Shown: positions 1-7,448 of the stretch, in pieces
How positions within the stretch are numbered: the first letter of the stretch is position 1
How the letters are laid out: the number at the start of each line of letters is the position of its first letter
DNA from: Collinsella sp.
Lineage (GTDB): Bacteria; Actinomycetota; Coriobacteriia; Coriobacteriales; Coriobacteriaceae
Assembly (NCBI GenBank): GCA_048368115.1
Contig: DBGBZQ010000071.1
Span: 1,138 to 65,137 of the forward strand
Direction of reading: 5' to 3'
Length of the DNA stretch: 64,000 bases
Translations under genes and position numbers: made by a program
The notes under the pieces: model-generated
What the model saw: only the letters and a program-made list of their open reading frames with translations
Told to the model about the DNA's origin: nothing
Database searches by the model: none

Positions 1-383
1 GACGAGACGAGGACCGAGTCGGCGCACAGCTGCGCGGCCCGGGCCTCGTAGAAGATGTGGGGGCGGCGCTTGCAGCCGATCGCGCGGTACCGGCCGCAGC
101 CGTTGCAGCATCGCGGCCACGCCGCCAGGCGCGGGCAGGCCGCCGACAGGTCGGCGGAGGCGTCCACGCGCTCGCCGCGCCTGGACTTCGGCGCCGTCAC
201 GAACCTGTGCGACGCCACCTCGGCGCTCACCGTCGAGGGCGACCTGCCCAGCTCCCTCGCGATCTCCCTGCACGAGGCCCTGCGCTCCAGCATCCTCTGG
301 ACCGTGTCCCGCTCGTGCCTCGTGAGCCTTCCGTAGGCCCTCGGGACCGCCTTCTCGGAACCCTTCTTCCTCTTTCCGGACAT
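1..383 (-). mobile_element. IS30-family transposase, 5' part (runs off the window edge)
   Basis: Manual translation from the ATG at 383 (GGAGG upstream): MSGKRKKGSEKAVPRAYGRLTRHERDTVQRMLERRASCREIARELGRSPSTVSAEV...CPRLAAWPRCCNGC. This has the IS30-type HTH (LGRSPSTV) and a Cys motif. Not in the ORF track. Confidence 0.8.
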
Positions 384-500
384 GCCGTCCTCCGATCTCC
401 CGGGGCCGGCCGGTCCGGCCCTCAGGGTATCGGGTTCCCACATTCATCCGCACATGTGCGGATGAATGTGGGAGGTGTTCGGATGAAGTTGATAATCAAG
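384..500 (-). mobile_element. Probable IS30 left end, including a perfect palindrome at ~437-472
   Basis: CCCACATTCATCCGCACATGTGCGGATGAATGTGGG lies upstream of the transposase. The end near 500 is a guess because the partner IR is outside the window. Confidence 0.4.
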
Positions 501-537
501 GAAGTAGTCAAAAAAGCTCCGTCCCAAATTAGCTACC

Positions 538-566
538 TTGCTCTGGCGGGCGGGAGCAGGTAAGAT
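538..566 (+). promoter_or_regulatory. Sigma70-type promoter for the SRP RNA
   Basis: TTGCTC (538-543), 17-bp spacer, TAAGAT (561-566), directly upstream of the SRP hairpin. Confidence 0.6.
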
Positions 567-574
567 ATACCGAG

Positions 575-690
575 CGCCTAGCGCGTTCGATGGGTTCGGA
601 TGACGACATGTTCCGAATCTGGTCAGGTCCGGAAGGAAGCAGCCATAAGGAGCCTCTGTCGGGCATCCGAATCCATCGAGCGCACGGGCG
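575..690 (+). ncRNA. ffs: Small bacterial signal recognition particle (4.5S) RNA
   Basis: Conserved domain IV motif GGTCAGGTCCGGAAGGAAGCAGCC (621-644) at the apex of a long hairpin (GCGTTCGATGGGTTCGGATG / CATCCGAATCCATCGAGCGC), followed by a T-run. Confidence 0.92.
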
Positions 691-710
691 TTTTTTTGGT
701 GCCGTGACAT

Positions 711-806
711 GGCCCGGCCGGCGGCGAGGTGTTTGGTGTCTCGGTGGTCCGCGGCTCCGCGGGCGGTAGCGCTCGACTACAAAACACCTCGCCGCCGACC
801 GGGCCC
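711..806. repeat. Long intergenic inverted repeat (~24-bp arms)
   Basis: GGCCCGGCCGGCGGCGAGGTGTTT ... AAACACCTCGCCGCCGACCGGGCC. Confidence 0.75.
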
Positions 807-947
807 CGTCGTCCAAAAATCATCCGTAAAGGCGCGTTTATCTAATTTAAATCTATCCCTTGTGGAATGCGGCTTGCTGGTGTTGTCTGGGCATTGATGG
901 CTATGTGGTTCAAGAGGCGGCGGTGCTGTTGCTTGAATTTTTGCAGT

Positions 948-990
948 TAAAGAGGCCCGTTTCCCTGGGTTGGGGAAACGGGCCTCTTTT
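948..990. terminator. Intrinsic terminator, probably bidirectional
   Basis: AAAGAGGCCCGTTTCCC-loop-GGGAAACGGGCCTCTTTT, downstream of the minus-strand surface-protein gene. Confidence 0.75.
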
Positions 991-1033
991 CTCTCTGGGT
1001 TTGTGGATTGGCGAAGGTGGTATGCTCTGGCAG

Positions 1034-2022
1034 CTATTTTGAGTTCCTGATGCGGCGTGTGGCTGTGGCGGTTATTCCGAGGCCTGCGGCGGCGACTGCT
1101 GCGAGTGCGATTGCGCTCGGCGCTGTGTCGCCTGTGTTTGCGAGCTTGCCGGTGGTCGTATTTGCTTGCTTGCCGCTGCTCGAGTTCGCCTGCTTGGTGG
1201 AGCTTGGTAGGGTGTCTTTGCCGGTCGAGGGTGAGCTGGCGGGCTGTGTCGTCTCGGCCGGTTGCGTCGAGCCGGAGGGAGGCGTTGTCTCGGTCGGTTG
1301 CGTTACCTCGGGCGAGGTGGCCTTGTCTGCCGCGGCTTTTGCCTCTTCGTATGCCTTGCAGGCGTCGTCATAGGCCGCTTGCGCCTTATTCAAATCGCTG
1401 AGGAGCGCATTTCGCTTGGCTGTGCATGCGTCGATGTTGGCCTTTGCTTTCTCCGCTCCATCTTCGAAAATCTTAACCTGCTCTTCCTGACTTTCGAGCG
1501 TACGTCGGTGGTGGTCAAGCTTATATCCACAAGATTCTCTTTCCGAATCCGCCTTTTGACCTCCATACGCAACTGCAAAACAGTTTCGTAATCCCTGTCG
1601 GCGAGCGCCTTTTCTACTTTTGCTTTAAGCTCGCTTACCCGGTTGCTGGCCTTGTCGTAATCGGCTTGGGCTGCAGCGACGTTCGCTCGCATGGCGGGAA
1701 GGGGTTCACTAGATTTGGCGGCTTCCGCCATCATCTTGTCGTAGAGCTCTTGAGAAGCGGCAATGTCATCATCGATTTCCGCAAGTTTCTCGGGACTTGC
1801 GGCGTCTTTTGCGGCCTCGAGGTTTTTGAGCGCTTCCTGCATGGCTGCATACGCTTTTTCTTTTGCGGCGGCCGCATCTTCCGTCTGCAAGGCAACTGCA
1901 GCGGTGGGGGAGCTGGTTTCTGCCGCTATCGCCGTTGCGGGGGCGATTCCCGCGACAAGTGCCGCGGAAAGGGCGATGCCCGCAGTTGCTCGTCTTGCTC
2001 TTCTTGCGAGAATGTCGTTCAT
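1034..2022 (-). pseudogene. Sortase-anchored coiled-coil surface protein (signal peptide ... LANTG), split by a 1-nt frameshift
   Basis: ORF 1390-2022 carries the signal peptide and coiled coil. ORF 1034-1393 carries a PTS-rich stalk, LANTG, a TM helix and a basic tail. Adding one base near the T4 run at 1554-1557 fuses them into one ~329-aa frame. Confidence 0.75.
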
Positions 2023-2233
2023 CTCGGCACCTCATTTCAAGGGTCGGCGACTAACTTGGTAGCACTAATGCAAGTATACCAAGTGGTCGACCCGACACTG
2101 GCTGGGTGCGCGCCTCTCCGCTTCTTTGGAAACCGAATCCCATTAGAAATGACGAGTTGTTTACGCTTCTTTTGGGCTTACCGTACTATCATGGTTCGAA
2201 TTGAATGTGGATGATGATAGGGAGCGCCTATAC

Positions 2234-4108
2234 ATGATTGAGCTGCTCGGGCGTTTTGGTGGTAAGTTTCGCCGGTATATGGTGATCGGCCCAGCGTGCA
2301 AGCTGATCGAAGTGATTTTTGATCTGCTGACGCCGCTGGTGATTGCCCAGATGATCGATAAGGGCATCGGCGCACGCGATGTGAACGCTGTCGTCCACTA
2401 CGGCATGGTGCTCGCCGCCATGGCTGTGATCGGCATCTCGTTTACGCTTGTTTGCCAAAAGATGGCGGCGCTCACCTCGCAGGGCATGGGCACCGACATT
2501 CGCGGTGCGCTCTACCAGCACATCAATAAGCTGAGCTATGCCGAACTCGACCGCTTTGGCACGCCGTCGCTTATCACCCGCATCACCAACGACGTCAACC
2601 AGGTGCAGCTTGCCGTGGCGCTCGGCGTGCGTATGCTTATCCGCTGGCCCTTCCTGGCGGTGGGCTCTATGTGCGCAGCCCTTGCCATCGACCTTAAGCT
2701 CGGCATCATCTTTTTGATCTGCACGCCCGCTATCGGCCTGGTGTTTTGGTTTGTCATGGCGCGCTGCATCCCGTACTACAGGCAGCTGCAGGCAAAGCTC
2801 GACCGCATCGCGCTTATCTGCCGCGAAGGCCTTTCGGGCGCTCGCGTGGTTCGCGCCTTCGTGCGCGAGGACCACGAGCGCGAGCGCTTTGCCCAAGCTG
2901 CCGATGACCAGGCCAATACTGCCATCGCGGTGGGCAAGCTCTCGTCGATTCTCAACCCCGTCACGTTTCTTGTGATGAACCTGGGCGTGTGCGCCATCCT
3001 GTGGGTGGGCGGCATCCAGGTCAACGTGGGCGAACTCACGCAGGGCCAGGTCATGGCGTTTGTGAACTACATGACGCAGACCCTGACCTCCATCGTGTAC
3101 GTCGCCAACCTGGTCGTGGTCTTTACCAAGGCGAGCGCGAGCGCGCCGCGTATCAACGAGGTGCTCAACTGCGAGCCGAGCATCACCGACGAGGACAACG
3201 AGCCGGTCGTGCTGCCCGAGCCGAGCGAACTGGCGGGTGGCGCTGTTCCGGTTCCCGCGCTGAGCTTTGACCATGCGAGCTTCTCGTTTGGCGCCGGCGC
3301 GGCAAATGCCGTGAGCGATGTGACTCTGGAGCTGCCGGTGGGCAAAACCCTCGGCATTATCGGCGGCACGGGCAGCGGTAAGTCGACCCTCGTTTCGCTT
3401 ATCCCGCGCCTGTACGATGCGGGCGTGGGCAGCGTGTACGTGATGGGCTCCGACGTGCGCGCCTGGCAGCTCGACCAGCTGCGCCACGTGGTCGCGACCG
3501 TTCCGCAGCGTGCGTCGCTGGTGAGCGGCACTATCCGCAGCAACCTGACCTGGCGTGACGAGTCGGCGACCGACGAGGAGCTCTGGGCAGCGCTCGATAT
3601 GGCGCAAGCGAGCGAGTTCGTGCACAACAAGCCCCAGGGCCTCGACGCCCCGGTCGAGGCGGGCGGCAAGAACTTCAGCGGCGGACAACGTCAGCGCCTG
3701 ACCATCGCGCGCGCCTTGGTGGGTTCGCCTCAGATATTGATCATGGACGACTCCGCCTCGGCGCTCGACTTTAAGACCGACGCGGCGCTTCGCCATGCCA
3801 TTCGCGAGCGCAGCGTGCGCGGTGCCGCCGAGGGCGGGCTGCCGCTGACGACTGTCATCGTGAGCCAGCGCGTCTCGACCGTGCGCGATGCCGACATGAT
3901 CTGCGTACTCGACCACGGCTCGGTTGCGGGCCTGGGCACGCATGACGAGCTGTACGCGACCTGCCAGCTCTATCGCGAGATCTGCCAGTCGCAGCTGCGC
4001 CGCGAGGAGCTCGAGGGCCAGCAGGGGAGTGCGGCGCCCACGTCCGTCCCAAGTCCCGCGTCCGCCCCGGCTGCCCCGGCATCCACTTGCGCAAAGGAGG
4101 GCTGCTAA
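2234..4108 (+). CDS. Heterodimeric ABC exporter subunit (TM287-like, degenerate Walker B)
   Basis: TM domain, GGTGSGKS, FSGGQRQR, MDDSASALD; RBS GGGAG before the ATG at 2234. Confidence 0.9.
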   Translation: MIELLGRFGGKFRRYMVIGPACKLIEVIFDLLTPLVIAQMIDKGIGARDVNAVVHYGMVLAAMAVIGISFTLVCQKMAALTSQGMGTDIRGALYQHINKLSYAELDRFGTPSLITRITNDVNQVQLAVALGVRMLIRWPFLAVGSMCAALAIDLKLGIIFLICTPAIGLVFWFVMARCIPYYRQLQAKLDRIALICREGLSGARVVRAFVREDHERERFAQAADDQANTAIAVGKLSSILNPVTFLVMNLGVCAILWVGGIQVNVGELTQGQVMAFVNYMTQTLTSIVYVANLVVVFTKASASAPRINEVLNCEPSITDEDNEPVVLPEPSELAGGAVPVPALSFDHASFSFGAGAANAVSDVTLELPVGKTLGIIGGTGSGKSTLVSLIPRLYDAGVGSVYVMGSDVRAWQLDQLRHVVATVPQRASLVSGTIRSNLTWRDESATDEELWAALDMAQASEFVHNKPQGLDAPVEAGGKNFSGGQRQRLTIARALVGSPQILIMDDSASALDFKTDAALRHAIRERSVRGAAEGGLPLTTVIVSQRVSTVRDADMICVLDHGSVAGLGTHDELYATCQLYREICQSQLRREELEGQQGSAAPTSVPSPASAPAAPASTCAKEGC

Positions 4109-5968
4109 ATGAATCCGTACACTTCCTCCGGTTCGGTCGCCACGATGACGGCCAACGTGTCCGGTAACGATAACCTCAACGACCTGGGCGACGGTCCGCG
4201 CCAGCCCGGCGATCCCGAGCGCTATCCCGTGGGTGCGGTGACCCGCCGCCTGCTGGGCTATGTTCGCCCGCATCGCATTTCGTTTGTAGCGTCGTTTGTG
4301 AGTGCCGCCGTCTCGGTGATCTTGCAACTCTATACGCCCATTCTCATCGGCGAGGGCATCGACCTTATCGTCGCCGCCGGGCAGGTGGACTTTGACGCAC
4401 TGCTGCCGCTCGTTACCAAGCTCGCGATTGTCGTCGTAGGTGCTGCGGCCTTCCAGTGGCTACAGGGCTACTGCGTCAACCGCCTGTCCTACGGGACGGT
4501 GCGCGACATGCGCGTGGAGGCGAGCGACAAGCTCGGCCGCATGCCGCTCAGCTTTATCGACAGCCATGCCCACGGCGACCTTATGAGCCGCGTGGTCAAC
4601 GACGTGGATCAGGTGGGTGACGGCCTGCTGCAGGGTTTTACCCAGCTCTTTACCGGCGTTATCACCATCGTTGGCACGCTTACGTTTATGCTCTCCATTA
4701 ACCTGACCATGACGCTCGTGGTGGTGCTCGTCACGCCGCTTTCCATTTTTGCAGCCGGTGCTATTGCCAAGCTCTCCAACAAAAGCTTTACTGCGCAGCA
4801 GCGTATTCAAGGGCAGCTCGGTGGTCATATCGAGGAGTATGTGGGTGAGCAAAAGCTCGTGGACGCCTTCGCCTACGGCCCGCACGCTCAACAGCGCTTC
4901 GATGCCCTCAATGCCGAGCTCTACACCGCGGGCGAGCGCGCGCAGTTTATGGGCTCGCTCTCCAACCCCGGCACGCGCTTTATCAATAACATCATCTATG
5001 CCGTGGTCGCTGTGATCGGCTGCGTGGGCGTGATCACGGGCGTGCCGGCGGCGCTTACGGTGGGCGGCGTGCAGATCTTCCTGTCCTATGCCAACCAGTA
5101 CACCAAGCCGTTCAACGAGGTCACCAACGTCATTACGCAGATCCAGACGGCGTATGCCTCGGCGCGCCGCATGTTTGCACTGCTTGATGCGCGCGAGCAG
5201 GAACCCGATGCGCCGGATGCCGTGGAACTTGCCGCCCCGAAGGGCGAGGTTTCGTTTGAACACGTGGACTTTAGCTATGTGACCGACCGCAAGCTGCTGC
5301 AGGACATCTGCATCGAGGCCAAGCCCGGCATGCGCTTTGCCCTGGTCGGCCCCACGGGCTGCGGCAAGACGACGCTCATCAACCTGCTGCTGCGCTTTTA
5401 CGATATCGATGCCGGACGCATCATGGTCGATGGTCGCTCCTCGCGTGACTATACGCGTGCGAGCTTGCGCCGCGCCTTTGGCATGGTGCTGCAGGACACC
5501 TGGCTGTTCGAGGGCACGGTGGCGGAAAACATCGCCTACGGCTGTCCCGATGCTACGCGTGAGCAGATTGTCGAGGCCGCCAAGCGCGCTCATGCGCATA
5601 AGTTTATCGTGCAGCTGCCAGGCGGCTACGATACGGTGATTGGCGAGGACGGCGGCACGTTTAGCCAGGGCCAAAAGCAGCTGCTGTGCATCGCGCGCGT
5701 TATGCTCACCGATCCGGCTATCTTGCTGCTGGACGAGGCGACTTCGAGTATCGATACGCGCACCGAGCTGCAGGTGCAGGCGGCATTCGACGAGCTTATG
5801 GCCGGCCGCACAAGCTTTGTGGTGGCGCACCGCCTGTCGACGATCCGCAACGCCGACTGCATTCTGGTCATGCGCGACGGCCAGATTATCGAGCGCGGCA
5901 CGCACGACGAGCTGCTAGCGGCAGGCGGCTTCTACGCCGAACTCTACCGCAGCCAGTTTGCCCAGTGA
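4109..5968 (+). CDS. Heterodimeric ABC exporter subunit (TM288-like)
   Basis: GPTGCGKT, FSQGQKQL, LLDEATSSID, AHRLST; abuts the previous gene. Confidence 0.9.
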   Translation: MNPYTSSGSVATMTANVSGNDNLNDLGDGPRQPGDPERYPVGAVTRRLLGYVRPHRISFVASFVSAAVSVILQLYTPILIGEGIDLIVAAGQVDFDALLPLVTKLAIVVVGAAAFQWLQGYCVNRLSYGTVRDMRVEASDKLGRMPLSFIDSHAHGDLMSRVVNDVDQVGDGLLQGFTQLFTGVITIVGTLTFMLSINLTMTLVVVLVTPLSIFAAGAIAKLSNKSFTAQQRIQGQLGGHIEEYVGEQKLVDAFAYGPHAQQRFDALNAELYTAGERAQFMGSLSNPGTRFINNIIYAVVAVIGCVGVITGVPAALTVGGVQIFLSYANQYTKPFNEVTNVITQIQTAYASARRMFALLDAREQEPDAPDAVELAAPKGEVSFEHVDFSYVTDRKLLQDICIEAKPGMRFALVGPTGCGKTTLINLLLRFYDIDAGRIMVDGRSSRDYTRASLRRAFGMVLQDTWLFEGTVAENIAYGCPDATREQIVEAAKRAHAHKFIVQLPGGYDTVIGEDGGTFSQGQKQLLCIARVMLTDPAILLLDEATSSIDTRTELQVQAAFDELMAGRTSFVVAHRLSTIRNADCILVMRDGQIIERGTHDELLAAGGFYAELYRSQFAQ

Positions 5969-6089
5969 GCAAGCCCGTGGGGCAAATTAATCAGTCGACA
6001 GACGGTGGTTTACATCTGTCACGTAAGTACTAAGATATTCATCTAATAAATTGCATTAGTGGCTTTAGTTTTGGGGGAAACGAGGCAAC

Positions 6090-6647
6090 GTGACTATGAC
6101 GTGCTCTTTGGTGGTTAACAGCAAGAGCGGTAATACCAGGATGGTTTCGGGCGCGATCAAGCGCGCTCTGCAGGCTGCGGGTGTTGATTTTGTCCATGCC
6201 GCGGCGTTGAGCGACGATGCGGATGCAGATCAGGTTGCGCTCGAGGCGCAGGGCGCCTGCGCGGCCGACACGGTGCTCGTCGGTTTTTGGTGCGACAAGG
6301 GTGCGTGCACGCCTTCGGTCGCGGCGTTGCTCTCCGCCTTGCACGGCAAGCGCGTCTTCTTGTTTGGCACCTGCGGTTTTGGTGCCGACCAGAGCTATTA
6401 CCAGCAGATTATCGACCGCGTGACCTCCAATTTGGCCAACGATGCCGAGCTTGCGGGCTGGGCGATGTGCCAGGGCAAGATGGGTCCCGCCGTCAAGCAG
6501 CGCTACGAGGCAATGCTTGAGCAGGATCCCGAAAACGCCCGATTTAAGATGCTGCTCGACAACTGGGTTGCCGCGAAGGACCATCCCACCAAGGAAGATC
6601 TGGACAACATGGCTGCAGCCGCCAAAAAGGCCGTGCTGGGAGAGTAG
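6090..6647 (+). CDS. Flavodoxin family protein (Flavodoxin_3 / BilS-like)
   Basis: SKSGNT FMN loop, GFWCDKG, FLFGTCG, CQGKM and C-terminal HP. Confidence 0.8.
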   Translation: MTMTCSLVVNSKSGNTRMVSGAIKRALQAAGVDFVHAAALSDDADADQVALEAQGACAADTVLVGFWCDKGACTPSVAALLSALHGKRVFLFGTCGFGADQSYYQQIIDRVTSNLANDAELAGWAMCQGKMGPAVKQRYEAMLEQDPENARFKMLLDNWVAAKDHPTKEDLDNMAAAAKKAVLGE

Positions 6648-6680
6648 CTCCCATCGCTGACGGCGGTCGGTCCATCTTTC

Positions 6681-6820
6681 TAAATGAAACGTCCTCCCGG
6701 GCGTCGGGGCACGAAGTTCCCTGCTCTACAGTCCTGCGCAAGACGAAGGCCACATTAAGTGGCCTTCTTTGCGTGCGGAACTCGCGATGAGCTTCGTGCC
6801 CCGCCGTCCGGGAGGACGCC
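6681..6820 (+). other. ~140-nt nested hairpin element, copy 1
   Basis: Outer stem CGTCCTCCCGG..CGGGGCACGAAGTTC / GAGCTTCGTGCCCCG..CCGGGAGGACG; inner stem GAAGGCCAC/GTGGCCTTC; homologous to the reverse complement of 11943-12083. Confidence 0.8.
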
Positions 6821-6878
6821 TCTTTATTGATGGGAGGCCTGATAGGTCGATGGTTCCGTGCCCGGATGCGTCCAAAGT

Positions 6879-7325
6879 GGGACGGGCTTTCCGGATGGGC
6901 AGGCTTTCGAAAAATGCGTCCCGGAATTTGCCTTTGGAATGGGACGTAGTTTCCCGTTGAGGTGCTTTGCGGAAAGTGCATCCCACTCTGGGCGGTCGAA
7001 GTGGGACACACTTTCCCAAAGGCGCTCCAACGGGAAATTGCGTCCCATTATTCGGTCAAGAAACGGGATGCATTTTCCCAATGAGAGCAAAACCGGAAAA
7101 TGCATCCCACAATCAGCCCTCAAAGTGGGACGCCGTTTCCCAATGAGGCTCAAGCGGAAAATGCGTCCCGGAATTTGCGCTCAAAGTGGGATGCGGTTTC
7201 CGGTTGAGGGTCTAAGGGGAAAATGCGTCCCAGAATCGACGCTTGAAATGGGATGCAGTTTCCCGATGAGGCACTCGACGGAAAATACATCCCAGAAATG
7301 GCCTTTGAGCTGGGATAAGATTTCC
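6879..7325. repeat. 62-bp-period array of 14-bp inverted repeats (7.5 units)
   Basis: GGGAYRNNNTTTCC starts at 6879, 6941, 7003, 7065, 7127, 7188, 7250 and 7312. Each but the last is followed by ~16 nt, GGAAANTRCRTCCC (one mismatch in unit 1) and 18 nt. Confidence 0.9.
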
Positions 7326-7344
7326 GCGGCATCTCGGATTCTCA

Positions 7345-7379
7345 AAAATGAGACACGCCGTTGGCGAAAATGAGACACG
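7345..7379 (+). promoter_or_regulatory. Direct repeat pair AAAATGAGACACG, 22-bp period (candidate operator)
   Basis: Copies at 7345 and 7367, with a degenerate third (AAAATGAGTCC) at ~7410. Confidence 0.45.
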
Positions 7380-7448
7380 TGATATCGGGCATCGGATGTA
7401 TCATTTGCAAAAATGAGTCCACTCCACTCGAATAAAGCGAGGTCCCTC

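Noticed and set aside
55..897. Short ORFs over the IS30 start and SRP RNA
   Set aside because: They are explained by the minus-strand transposase and ffs.
6879..7325. CRISPR array
   Set aside because: Repeats are degenerate 14-bp arms in alternating orientation, spacers are only 15-18 nt and partly related, and there are no cas genes in the window.
6544..7373. ORFs across the repeat region (e.g. 6858-7373) and across 11673-12102
   Set aside because: The 62-bp period is not codon-compatible and the translations have no protein features.
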